A stretch of 61,249 bases of DNA, filler included, from Nemertoderma westbladi (taxonomy: Eukaryota; Animalia; Xenacoelomorpha): assembly GCA_032718475.1 (NCBI GenBank). It is 3 parts of 3 records of this genome, joined end to end, with 100 filler letters (N's around TTAATTAATTAA, not from the genome) between each part and the next. Parts side by side here need not be neighbours in the genome. Positions count along the whole stretch, not along the records: positions 30,847 to 52,179 come from JAUCBJ010002439.1; 2 more parts are not named here. One strand, 5' to 3'. Shown here piece by piece: positions 38,401 to 49,024 of the stretch (position 1 is the first letter of the stretch; every line of letters begins with the position of its first letter). The notes under the pieces were generated by a model. That model had not been told where the DNA came from. It saw only the letters and a program-made list of their open reading frames with translations, and did no database searches. The translations under genes were made by a program, and so were the position numbers.

Positions 38401-39196
38401 TGCTGAAGACGATCAGATTCCATCAATTTGGCTGTTTCGCCGAGAACAGAAGGGAGTTGTGCCGCCACGTCTGCCGCCTTCAAAACGCGATAAAGAAACA
38501 TTTATAATCGCCGTAAGCAACTCTTTCCAACCAGAGTCGAGCATAAAACTCTACCATTTCTATAAGTATCTGCAGAGGTATGGCAATCACGAAGGGCTGC
38601 CATTAATACCTAACGATTTAATTTTTTATTTAGAAGTAGAAAAGTTGCGTGATTTTGTCCACAAAGACATGGATGACATCCTAGTGAGACGGAAGGTTGA
38701 GGGGATTATTAGTTGCTTCTTGGAGTCTGTGATGCAACCGGCGGTTCAAATAGATGTGTCCACAGAGTCTGTCTCGAGTATGCGGCGCCAAGGTAGTCAC
38801 ATCGCCAAGACTAGAGAGCCCTCGACATTTAATATATCATCATACGAAGCAGTTCAGAAATCTCTTAATGTGACTCTTCTACCTTTTTGGACCGCGTTCT
38901 GTAAATCTTATAGACCCCCTCAGACCCCTGGGAAGACTTGGAGGTTTATTGAGGAAGCAGTTGAGGAATACAAGTCTCGTTCCAGAGAGTCTAGCGCGTC
39001 TTTACGAGAAGCAAAACTGCCTAAAATGAAGAAGAGAGGAGTTTGTTCTGCGTTTACTTATTCGCTGAAGGACGGAGTCCGATGGAAGGAGTGGGATCCG
39101 GGTGATATGTCCGGAACCCTTGGTGGTAGGACAGATGTTGGACACGATAATTCCCATAGGAAGCATCGAATAAGCACTGTGGTTGGGGTGGTTTAA
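35477..39196 (+). CDS. RGS22: RGS22-like multi-RGS-domain protein, 1239 aa, single exon
   Basis: The N-terminus LEDLLACDDLFLEYFNGFL...F resembles RGS22/RGSL. RGS-type motifs recur (FKSFL...FWIDCEEL; FQRYL...FWQDVLEY; LIFYLEVEKL; WLKGDRLPIFLQSKFYREYKL). The family is more certain than exact orthology. Confidence 0.75.
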   Translation: MKLFDVNDDNLEDLLACDDLFLEYFNGFLSSAAFPVPLNYDRLTGTVLESYNLLGTPSTRGNTTTAHSDGRALSMEYGASDEERERMLSWLKGDRLPIFLQSKFYREYKLCRLLLRHLEQRQNVERTSTMDIQGYSRQTASESSSSFNMSTEKVSYEGKTNAIRWSPIDYSMFKYLRPGSRAFSLPISMMAINDLNDQMEPSSGAKATNTGEKSTSAEDGDLFKVSTGGSDGIPEIGPTQNDLSVAEAKPIQSALKGASKRNAVAKKKTTIMVPTDDSEFDAKNRSKAVDDAFVEEEPVDIPVDEVSDFYENASFESDDDVSYISFEGTTTNTTSHRKQNSTTREMKRIAGKMQTTLQHIKEEWLGSVSGMEKFKSFLINTQGLDLFAFWIDCEELVDNIIIFEGQIDTSDALKSKLFRTVLDKYKLRLTDNAIALLNKTSSVTGFNLNVLLRTQYDVLRRLRSYWTPRYIIHKGQEQPNNLAQHSRDMVYTSMSFLPSLDVSKTFTVRPDIMEKTLANPLNNWSIIAQTGHRADSTMRSANPRRHFSKELETRYKHSIRSDKSCGGPFQRYLQRKCLFSPPPLNEDIMLLARYLFWQDVLEYSDSQKRGCDRFIRLTMAWTLFTKYFTTDSLWSIGFSDEGCDSIREQLQSTMDFVDSTLFAAAEEFCANGLEKEWLRFMKDDLATFLEWRARPEDKLPSSPSTVSEDPKPPLQSWIRRFPGSTESQRRRRLLRSLAMAEEIRDDHAKQKLKKDQVRKGRSMLEQRKYMSQMGAIQGKRRGVTFKPHRFQVAFKEPEDTDVLLIVDDQPVDKFRETVEGKDTVKDIAEEEKVALSKEMDSLVHSTTPPKLAMTDVIKNRALTDDFANYCNNFEGLDMYNYLMLFMDLVNYFKIPFDQKRRQNEAAKEIYSDFVHPLGEHYIESMPHNWVGRNTRPSTASLMNVMEKVQAELDEAFRIFWQGKTQVFAGGKKSRFAEDDQIPSIWLFRREQKGVVPPRLPPSKRDKETFIIAVSNSFQPESSIKLYHFYKYLQRYGNHEGLPLIPNDLIFYLEVEKLRDFVHKDMDDILVRRKVEGIISCFLESVMQPAVQIDVSTESVSSMRRQGSHIAKTREPSTFNISSYEAVQKSLNVTLLPFWTAFCKSYRPPQTPGKTWRFIEEAVEEYKSRSRESSASLREAKLPKMKKRGVCSAFTYSLKDGVRWKEWDPGDMSGTLGGRTDVGHDNSHRKHRISTVVGVV

Positions 39197-41069
39197 CGAT
39201 AATTACCATAGGAAGCATCGAATAAGCACTGTGGTTGGGGTGGTTTAAGGATAATTTATATTGTATAATGTATGTGTATATATATAATGTATAAATAGTA
39301 TTTAATGTTAAATGAAATAATTACAGAAATGGAACGTGACATGTTATTATATTCAAAGTTATTATTTTTTGCCTAAATATTTTTTTACAAACTAAACAAC
39401 AAACAATATAAATTTGTCGTTTTATAATAAATTATCCCCTTTAACAAATTCAATTTATATTCTAGGATTTATGTGGGGCGAGCCACGAAGAGCGAGTCTT
39501 AGCGTAGGGTTACCAATTATCAACGAGTCGGTCTGCATTTCCGAATTTTTGACGAATCTAATTAAATTAATTTTAATTAAATTTATAGAAATTAAAATTA
39601 AACCAAATTTGGTACACATGCTCAGAAAGTTTTCATCAAAAATGTAGAAAGATTCCGAAGTTTGGTCAAAAATTAGACAGCCTGACTCTCAGTATCGGTA
39701 GTTTCAGACTTTTGAAAAGACTATTTAAAATGAAACTACTATAGTAACTATAGTAACCTGGAATTGTCACTTTTTAGCAAGAATTTCTAGAGCATAATAA
39801 TCATTAATGGTTCACGTTTGCGTTAAATGGAAAAAGCACCACTTCTAAAATTGATAATTTTAGTGTGGCTATGGACGAATCCACTTTTTGAAGTCGTAGT
39901 TTTTCCGTAGGCCACAGCCGCAAACCAGTCCGTAAACCTGTCCGCAATCCAGTCTAAACCTTTGTCCGTTTTGCGTTTACACCCTGAGTTAATAAGACAA
40001 TATTCCAGGACATGGTGTAATCTATGTACATACAGTATATCACATCCCACAGAATAAATTGTTGCCCTCATACTGGTAAATTTATTGTTAATCACCAAGT
40101 TGTAATTAATTACAAAAATAATTAAATTACTCGCCGTGCAGTAATTTTATTGTCTGATTCCATTCAAATCTATACAGGGACGGGACATGGTAAAAAAAAG
40201 TCAAATTAAAAGATTACTAGCGTTCAGCTGATATTCCGCTTCAAATTTAAATGAAATTTAATTATTATCTGAGGCAATGAACCTGACCAATCAATCCATA
40301 GTAAACAGTTACCGTAAGGGCAATGAGCAAAGAAAATAAATATCTGTGGTGGTACAGTTGTGACATTGTAAACATATTCCATACGTTGCTAGGCAGCAAT
40401 TGCATCCGCAAACAAGCAGACGACAACAACTGCACTGTAAAGGGTACCGGTAACCGGTACTGTTTAGGTGGCCTACTAATACTGTAGGCCACAACCACTC
40501 CGCCATAAACAAACCGCCTTGGAAGTGAAGTGGCAAGGACAATTCAACAATATAACTCTGTAGTTGGAATATTACTACGACAATTACGGTTGTAATAATA
40601 ATTAAATAGGAACTTATTTCAGTAACATTATGTTTCGTTTATTAATCAGGGCTCATCTTCACTGGAAGGTTAGTTATTGTTAATATTAATTAATTTAATC
40701 AGCCGTAGTCAATTTTCAAGTCCAGATGTCGTGTCATTATGTAAATATGGTTTAAATTCATTTTTTATTTTGATAGTATTTACCACGAACTACGGGCAAT
40801 AAATAAATTAATAGTGTAACTTTCTCTTTACACTATTAAAAATCCCTAGAACTGGAGGCCCAAGAGACGTCCAAAATTAAAATGTTGCTATGATGGTCTG
40901 AAACTCAACATTCAGCATCCGGACTTCCTCGATGGACTGAAACTCAGACATTCACCATCCGGACTTCCGGTTTCTCATCCGGACTTCCGGTTTCTCATCC
41001 GGACTTCCGGTTTCTCATCCGGACTTCCTCTCTACCGTTATTAATAATTTGTTTAATTACTTTCCATAG

Positions 41070-41999
41070 ATAAATTACCCAAATATCATTAAATGTTCAC
41101 CAGTCGCTAATTTGTGCGACGCGAAATCTTTGTTCCAAAGCTCGGAAATAGTTGAGGCCTATAAGAAGAGCAGGCCGGAATACCCGAGTGAGATTTACGA
41201 GACGATATACGAGTATCTTACTGAGTTCCGAAAGGAGCCGTGGAATTTAGCGGTTGATGTGGGATGCGGAAACGGCCAGTTTACCGTCCCGTTAGCGGAG
41301 CGATTTAACCGAGTTATTGGTGTCGAGGTCAGCGTCAACCAGTTAAACCTAGCCGATAAACAACCGAACGTCTCGTACGCTATTGGTTCGTCGGACGGCG
41401 TACCTTGCGACTCGGAGTCTGTGGACCTCCTGGTCGCGCCGCAGGCCGCCCATTGGTTCGACTGGACGCGGTTCCCGCTAGAGGTGGACCGGGTTCTAGC
41501 ACCCGGCGGGGTTGTCGCAGTCTGCGGCTATCTAGGTCTGTTACACCCGTGTCGCCCCCGGGATGTGTTGAGGATCCAAGAGGACGACAACTTCCCCGGA
41601 CTGTCGGACAAGATTAAACTGATTTTGCGAGATTACAGTCGGTTAGTGGCCGACTTCGAGGCGGTTAATAAACCAGAGTTGTTCGCAAAACGGTCGCTTC
41701 TGTTGGACGAATACGAAAAGATTCCGGCAATGTACGGAGATTGTCGTTGTTATAAACTCGGAATAACCGATTACCGAACCACCTCTGATATGCTGGAGTT
41801 CTGGAATTCTTCCACTCTGGTTAGGTTCTATAAAGAACAGACATTAGATAAAGAGATTCTCGACAGATTAAAAAGCAATATTCTAGAAACGATTCGGTCA
41901 GCAGGAGTTGAAGACGCAGATAATTACTGTATGAATGTCGTTGCAACTTTTTTTGTAAAGATGTTTAGGAAACCGCAACTAATGTGCGGTAAATCGTAA
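41070..41999 (+). CDS. Class I SAM-dependent methyltransferase (Methyltransf_11, Tmt1/Crg1-like); start codon not in this exon
   Basis: Motifs YKKSRPEYP, AVDVGCGNGQ, SVDLLVAPQAAHWFD and RVLAPGG are present. The open frame begins after the splice-acceptor-like TTACTTTCCATAG (41069), with no early in-frame ATG. Confidence 0.85.
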   Translation: MNYPNIIKCSPVANLCDAKSLFQSSEIVEAYKKSRPEYPSEIYETIYEYLTEFRKEPWNLAVDVGCGNGQFTVPLAERFNRVIGVEVSVNQLNLADKQPNVSYAIGSSDGVPCDSESVDLLVAPQAAHWFDWTRFPLEVDRVLAPGGVVAVCGYLGLLHPCRPRDVLRIQEDDNFPGLSDKIKLILRDYSRLVADFEAVNKPELFAKRSLLLDEYEKIPAMYGDCRCYKLGITDYRTTSDMLEFWNSSTLVRFYKEQTLDKEILDRLKSNILETIRSAGVEDADNYCMNVVATFFVKMFRKPQLMCGKS

Positions 42000-42020
42000 G
42001 TAGTTGTCAATCTATCTATA

Positions 42021-42610
42021 ATCGGCATGCTGCATTGCAGCTGCACACTGAAATGCTATGCTATGCCGGCTTAACAAAAATATTTTGCCACCACCATGCA
42101 ATCCACAATTGGCAAGTCCAATGCAGCCTGCATTAAGAATGCTATGCCGGCTTTTTAAACAAAATTGCGCCGCCCCGACTCCCTAATCACCCATGACATG
42201 GTCTGGTCATGGCCTGTCCACCAAGCTTATTCGCTCCATGAGGCTGCCAAAACACAAGATTGTGCACTGGCTGGTCCTGTAATGTACTGTACTGCAATGT
42301 ACAGTAATGTACTGCAAAGCGGAGGCGGCTCCATTCAAGTGTCAAATGTGGAGAATCTAATAAAACTAAACACAGGAGCCTTTGGGCTCCCTCTAGTGAC
42401 CCTGACAGTACGTTCTCAGCTGTCTAGATCAGTAAGGTTGGTTGGATTTCCTATACTTCTTGTGCCAGTAGGGGAGGGAGGGGGTGTTACCATCATCCCA
42501 TCTTTATTAAGATGGTCTAAGGAAATGCGCAGAACATTATCATCCAAAATAAAGACCCCCCACTCCATGGGACTTTGAATGTATCTGGGTAACCATCAGC
42601 AGTAGACACA
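42021..42610 (-). mobile_element. Old, heavily deleted relic of LINE family A
   Basis: It shares ATCGGCATGCTGCATTGCAGCTGCA, CTCCATGAGGCTGCCAAA and GCAAAGCGGAGGCG with copies A1 and A2. Confidence 0.75.
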
Positions 42611-43224
42611 TGCTTTTTGCTGCAGTCTTGACTTCAGCAAACTCACCAATAATGGTGATTGTGATTAGGGATGAGTCAGGAAATGTTAGGAAATTTCCTA
42701 TACGTTTTTCTGGAGATTTCCTAATTTAAAGTTTACATTAAATAGTGATACAAGAAATATCCTCTTATTAAATAGTAATATTAAGCTTTGGACTAAAATG
42801 GTGATAGTAACTTTGTGTTTTGTCAATTTCATCATTACTATGTTTTATTTATATTGAACGCAATTTCGGAAATTAATACATTTTCACTTTTAACTCTTTC
42901 ACAACTATTTTATACACATTCTGAAAACACATGGAAAACACAAGTAAAGTTAAACACTAGAAAGTGATTCTATTTGAAGCTGCTTTGATTAAGAAACAAC
43001 TTTTCACTTTTGATCTTAATCAAAGCAGCTTCAAACATGATTACTTATACTTAAGAGTGACATGGGCACACAACTTACTACAACGTAGAAAGTGATTGCT
43101 GCTTAGTGGAGTTGTGTTGAACTTTTTCATGGCTCTTGTGGTCGTAACCACGGGCGAAGTATACTTTTCCGGAAATTTATTTTTTAAAAACATATTTCCG
43201 GAAAACTCACATCCCTTGTACGTG

Positions 43225-43496
43225 CAGATAGGGGGGGGGGGGGGGGGGGGGGGGGCTGGACGCAATAAAAATTCATCCCTCTCCAGAGGAAATTCGACGC
43301 AAATAACAGCTGATTAATCTCAAAAATAAAAATGTAACCTGTTCTATTGTGTTTAGTTTATTGTTTTGGTTAAAATAACGTGCCACTGTAACCTGCTCCT
43401 TGCCCTAAATTGAGAATTTAACATTGAGGCTGGATATTAATTCGCCAAGGCGGGTTTTGCGTCGAGTTTCCCCCCCCCCCCCCCCCCCCCCGTCTC
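43225..43496. mobile_element. hAT-type MITE with poly-G/poly-C termini
   Basis: Termini are CAGATAG(n)...C(n)GTCTC, with an 8-bp TSD TGTACGTG/TGTATGTG. Inverted CGACGCAAA motifs lie inside. Relatives occur at 56863-57070 and 59406-59559. Confidence 0.75.
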
Positions 43497-44622
43497 TGTA
43501 TGTGAGTACAGACCCAAACACAAGATGTACCACAATATTTGTGAAGATGAGGTCTAAAATTGATGGATAGACCTCAAACAGACCTACCCGATTACTTTAC
43601 TACCTCAACCAACCAATCGCGCTACTTTACCTATAAGTATACTTTACTATATCAACCCTACCACAGGTTACTTTAATATCTCAAACCAACCAATCAGGTT
43701 GCTTTAATATCACAAACCAACCAATCAGTGCCGATGTGACGTGCCTTGGATCTGAGTTTTAGTACTTATTAATTGCACAACTTGGCAACTTGAGAAAGTC
43801 AACATTGGGGAGGGGGTGGGGGGACCTACCGAATGTCGTCTCTGATTGCAATTTTAGTTCCCTTGTAAATAACCAAATATAATCAAACAAATTAATTACA
43901 GACATTCGTGGCAGTCGTGCGCATTCAGTAGTACTCCGCTAACCTAAACATCTGGGGAATCTAACTAGCCATTGTCCCTCGTTCAGCCCCCATTATATCC
44001 AAATGCGAATCGCTACAAACACACAGAAAATAATTCATTTTATAGATTTACGAAGTTGATTTATTGAATATAATAAAAAATGTAAAGGCAGTCCAGAATT
44101 ACAACCCGCACTACCCACAATATGCAAAAACACAATTAAATAAAGTTAACTTTACTAAACTCAGTATGGATTCTCGTATATCTACCTACCTACTTATACA
44201 CCAAACACTTAGTAATATTTGTCAGATCCTACCGTAAGATAAACTGTTGTACAAAATATATACACGTGTACATACGTTATGTGTATCACGTACAATATTA
44301 TGTAAATTATAATCAAAAAATCAAATATTGTGCACTAATTGAATGATTTTTGTCGATTGTAAATAACTGTATTTCTATATTCATATTGTTTAATGAAGAA
44401 TAAGAACATGAACGGATATATCAAAGTAAAACATACTTACAAACAACATACCGGTATGTCCTGGAATATATAGTGCCGTTATTCAGGTACCCCTGGACCG
44501 GACCGGACCCCCCCCCCCGGTTGAATAATTACTGCGGAGTAACTGCTGCAATATCGACGGGGTCACCTTTTTAAACGCTTATAGCTAAAATTGAGAGCAA
44601 AAATAAAAATTCTAACTGATTT

Positions 44623-45972
44623 ACCAACCAGATAGCCGTAAATGTACCAACCGGATAGCCGTAAATGTACCAACCGGATAGCCGTAAATGTACCAAACGG
44701 ATAGCCGTAAATGTACCAACCGGATAGCCGTAAATGTACCAACCGGATAGCCGTAAATGTACCAACCGGATAGCCGTAAATGTACCAACCGGATAGCCGT
44801 AAATGTACCAAACGGATAGCCGTAAATGTACCAACCGGATAGCCGTAAATGTACCAAACGGATAGCCGTAAATGTACCAACCGGATAGCCGTAAATGTAC
44901 CAACCGGATAGCCGTAAATGTACCAACCGGATAGCCGTAAATGTACCAACCGGATAGCCGTAAATGTACCAACCGGATAGCCGTAAATGTACCAACCGGA
45001 TAGCCGTAAATGTACCAACCGGATAGCCGTAAATGTACCAAACGGATAGCCGTAAATGTACCAACCGGATAGCCGTAAATGTACCAACCGGATAGCCGTA
45101 AATGTACCAACCGGATAGCCGTAAATGTACCAACCGGATAGCCGTAAATGTACCAACCGGATAGCCGTAAATGTACCAACCGGATAGCCGTAAATGTACC
45201 AACCGGATAGCCGTAAATGTACCAACCGGATAGCCGTAAATGTACCAACCGGATAGCCGTAAATGTACCAACCGGATAGCCGTAAATGTACCAACCGGAT
45301 AGCCGTAAATGTACCAACCGGATAGCCGTAAATGTACCAACCGGATAGCCGTAAATGTACCAACCGGATAGCCGTAAATGTACCAACCGGATAGCCGTAA
45401 ATGTACCAACCGGATAGCCGTAAATGTACCAACCGGATAGCCGTAAATGTACCAACCGGATAGCCGTAAATGTACCAACCGGATAGCCGTAAATGTACCA
45501 ACCGGATAGCCGTAAATGTACCAACCGGATAGCCGTAAATGTACCAACCGGATAGCCGTAAATGTACCAAACGGATAGCCTTAAATGTACCAACCGGATA
45601 GCCGTAAATATACCAACCGGATAGCCGTAAATGTACCAACCGGATAGCCGTAAATGTACCAACCGGATAGCCGTAAATGTACCAACCGGATAGCCGTAAA
45701 TGTACCAACCGGATAGCCGTAAATGTACCAACCGGATAGCCGTAAATGTACCAACCGGATAGCCGTAAATGTACCAACCGGATAGCCGTAAATGTACCAA
45801 CCGGATAGCCGTAAATGTACCAACCGGATAGCCGTAAATGTACCAACCGGATAGCCGTAAATGTACCAACCGGATAGCCGTAAATGTACCAACCGGATAG
45901 CCGTAAATGTACCAACCGGATAGCCGTAAATGTACCAACCGGATAGCCGTAAATGTACCAACCGAATAGCCT
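44623..45972. repeat. 23-bp satellite (ACCAACCGGATAGCCGTAAATGT), about 58 highly homogeneous copies
   Basis: Head-to-tail units with no spacers and only rare single-base variants. Confidence 0.98.
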
Positions 45973-46790
45973 TACAGTACCCCACACCCTAGGGTATAAA
46001 CAGATGGTTCTAAACAATTCCTAAATAATAATGTAGATGATAAAATACTAGGACGATATCATCTACTAATATTGAAATAACACAGAATGGCAGTGGATTT
46101 AGATACATATGGACACACACATGGTACATCATCAGCATTATAAACAAGTTATGTAGATTAGCGAGATAAATATATGATCCTATCCTATCCACTCCAGATA
46201 ACTATGATACCTCCAGTGACCAGGGCGCGCTCTACATTTCATATATATAAGTAACTTTACTTATTTCAGCTACTAGGAGTGTTTTTATACAACGATTCGA
46301 GAACCAGATCGCTATAAACTTTATACACAACTTGTAAATATCCCAAAAAAACTATTGCAAAATGTATAACTATTTATTACCATAAACAAAACACTACACC
46401 GTTCAATATAATTGATCAAAATCCACCCGTATTTCATAAATAAATGAAGAAATATAAATAGTAATTACTTAAATAGTAAATACTAAAGATGATTACGAAG
46501 CTAATGGCGGGCGATAAGCGATGACTAGACGGCGGCATTTATTCACTGTTTATTGAAAACTAAATGCAATGCCTATAAATCCTGTTGGTAAAAATTATTG
46601 ATAATTAAATAAAATAAAATAATTCAAACACGGGCAACATTGGGCAACATTTAATTGCACAAAATAGGGAAAAGGCAATTCCCCGGGAAATGTTTCAAAA
46701 AAGTTTCTTTTCCTAATAATTCAATAGGGACAATTGAAGGGTTTAGTGAGAAAAGGTCCTAAATGTGATATTTCCTTTGATTTGGAGATA

Positions 46791-47093
46791 GAACCATAAA
46801 ACAGTCCTTTGTGACAGCAGAGTTGTACTTGTATGAACCATAAAACAGTCCTTTGTGACAGTAGAGTTGTCCTTGTATGAACGATAAAACAGTCCTTTGT
46901 GACAGTAGAGTTGTCCTTGTATGAACCATAAAACAGTCCTTTGTAACAGTAGAGTTGTCCTTGTATGAACCATAAAACAGTCCTTTGTGACAGTAGAGTT
47001 GTCCTTGTATGAACCATAAAACAGTCCTTTGTGACAGTAGAGTTGTCCTTGTATGAACCATAAAACAGTCCTTTGTGACAGTAGAGTTGTCCT
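46791..47093. repeat. 44-bp tandem repeat, about 7 copies
   Basis: The unit is GAACCATAAAACAGTCCTTTGTGACAGTAGAGTTGTCCTTGTAT. Confidence 0.95.
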
Positions 47094-47713
47094 ATAAATG
47101 TAATGGTAATGGTAATGTACCCCATAGAACCATTTCCATGTGGAAAATTGCACAGCATTAGCAAGAAAAAGTTCTATGTAACCGAATATTGTGTCTGCGA
47201 TTATTTTCTATGTACAACATAGTGGGGGGGGGGGGGGGGGGGTGGGGGGGTGTCTGTATCTCAGAACTCAGAATGACTATTTTGTCACATAGGACCTTCT
47301 CAATGAGCCCTTCAATTACGATCGCCATGGTTACGGTTACGGTCGCCATTGCTACAGTTACGATCACCATGGCTACGGTTACGATCTCCAAATAGTAAGA
47401 ATATAAAATAATAAACATTTGTGTCAATAAATCAACTACGGGACAATAATTAATGATATTACAGAAAGTCAAATCGTCAGAAACTCTAAAGAAACCTGCG
47501 AGACGCTAAAACGATAATAATAATGTGCGGGCGAGCCGTAGAGAGCGATCGAGGCGAGCCGTAGAGAGCGATAGAATATCCTGAAGAGATGAGAATAATA
47601 GAATGACATAAAGCCTGAGAAATGTATAAATTTACATTACAAGCAACTTGGTTAATAAAAATATATCTAAAATATATTGTAAAACCGATAAACTATTAAA
47701 TAGCTAATATAAT

Positions 47714-49024
47714 TTATTTGCTAGAAGACCCTCGACTGGGTCTCATGCGGTCGATGAAGCACTTAACGAATTGTATGGCTACCTGCGGTTTCAGTTTGGT
47801 GTAGGTGCCGATGTAGGGCGGCGTGGAGTCGTCCAACACCGGTAGCGGCAGTCGCTCTGTAACAGAGAGATCCCGAACGACTGCCGGGACACATCGTGGG
47901 GGTTTCATACGGTCGCTCGCTAGGTGGACGTCCTGAGGAAGCCGGTTCCCGCACTCAACCCGCTTTATACCCGCTAACAACCCCGGATCAGCCGCCAGGC
48001 CCTGCGCCGCCCGACACGCGATCTTCTCGACCGCTAAGAACTCTTTGTGGCTCGGCGACTGGCAGTGGTGGAGCAGCAGACAGCGGGACTCGAAGTCCAG
48101 GTTACAGGTGGTGCACACGTGTTTGGGGGCCGTCCGCCGCCGCTCCTCCTCCATGGACTTGTCCTCCAAGGCGCGGTGCTCCTTGCTGTCCAAGTGGACG
48201 TGGTAGGTGCTCTTACAGGAGAAGTGTTTGTTGCACAAAGTGCAGTGTTCGAGACGGGAGCTGGAGTCCTGGAGGTAGAAGGAAGGTCTGGAGACCGCGT
48301 GGCGATGGGAGAGGGAGGAACGTCCAGAGCGAGTGATGCGGTTAGCCGGAATGTCCGAACGAGATATCCGGTTGGTCGGAAGGCGTTTCTTGTTCTCTAA
48401 GGTTTTACAGCGGTTGCGGATTTTATTTAGTTTGTGTCTCTCGCCCAGGAGGTGCTGCTTGTAGTTGTAGGAGTTCACTATGTTCTGCTGACAGACGGAG
48501 CACCAGACGGTGCCAACGGAGGGTTTCCGGCCGCTGCTCCGCTTGTAGGCCTGGTAGCGTTCGCGAGTCCGTCGGGCGGAGTCGCACATGGGTTCGTAGA
48601 CGATCTCGATGCCGGCGCTCGCCAACCCGCGGTCCGAATCGCTGGAGCCGCTGCCGCAGACGGGGGAACCCCCGGGGGACGGACGAGCGCGTAACACCCG
48701 ACGGTGGAACTGCGCCTCGTTGGACTCACTGAGGTCCATCGTACCGTTCTGGTGGCAGACCTGTATGTGCCATTGCAGCGCGCTCTTCTGCAGATACTGC
48801 ATTCCACAGAACCGGCAGTGGATGTATTCGTTGTCACTAGCGGCTCCGGAATCCTTTGGGGGTTTCCGTTTGTTGGACGATTGTTTACGCATACGGAGCA
48901 GCATGGCCGCAGCGCTACACAGATCCGCGTCCAACGACCGTAAAACCGCCTCCGTCTGTCGTCTCGAGTTACCGGTACCGTTAGTCTTCGTCGTGTCTAC
49001 CAGTTCCAATGGACGCGGCTTCAT
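47714..49024 (-). CDS. Zinc-finger protein with one C2H2 finger and three widely spaced matrin/JAZ-type fingers
   Basis: Fingers are CRFC...HIQVCH, CSVC...HLLGERH, CTLC...HLDSKEH and CTTC...HCQSPSH. The likely ATG is at 49024 (MKPRP), downstream of an acceptor-like TTTGCAG at ~49067. Confidence 0.8.
   Translation of the reverse strand: MKPRPLELVDTTKTNGTGNSRRQTEAVLRSLDADLCSAAAMLLRMRKQSSNKRKPPKDSGAASDNEYIHCRFCGMQYLQKSALQWHIQVCHQNGTMDLSESNEAQFHRRVLRARPSPGGSPVCGSGSSDSDRGLASAGIEIVYEPMCDSARRTRERYQAYKRSSGRKPSVGTVWCSVCQQNIVNSYNYKQHLLGERHKLNKIRNRCKTLENKKRLPTNRISRSDIPANRITRSGRSSLSHRHAVSRPSFYLQDSSSRLEHCTLCNKHFSCKSTYHVHLDSKEHRALEDKSMEEERRRTAPKHVCTTCNLDFESRCLLLHHCQSPSHKEFLAVEKIACRAAQGLAADPGLLAGIKRVECGNRLPQDVHLASDRMKPPRCVPAVVRDLSVTERLPLPVLDDSTPPYIGTYTKLKPQVAIQFVKCFIDRMRPSRGSSSK

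Noticed and set aside
41070-41999. Bacterial horizontal transfer of the methyltransferase
   Set aside because: The family is widespread in eukaryotes, the neighbouring genes are also intron-poor, and a splice acceptor is present. Only a phylogeny could revive the idea.
44623-45972. CRISPR array, or 300-480 aa proteins
   Set aside because: The units are head-to-tail with no unique spacers, there are no cas genes, and the context is eukaryotic. The ORFs are translations of the repeat.
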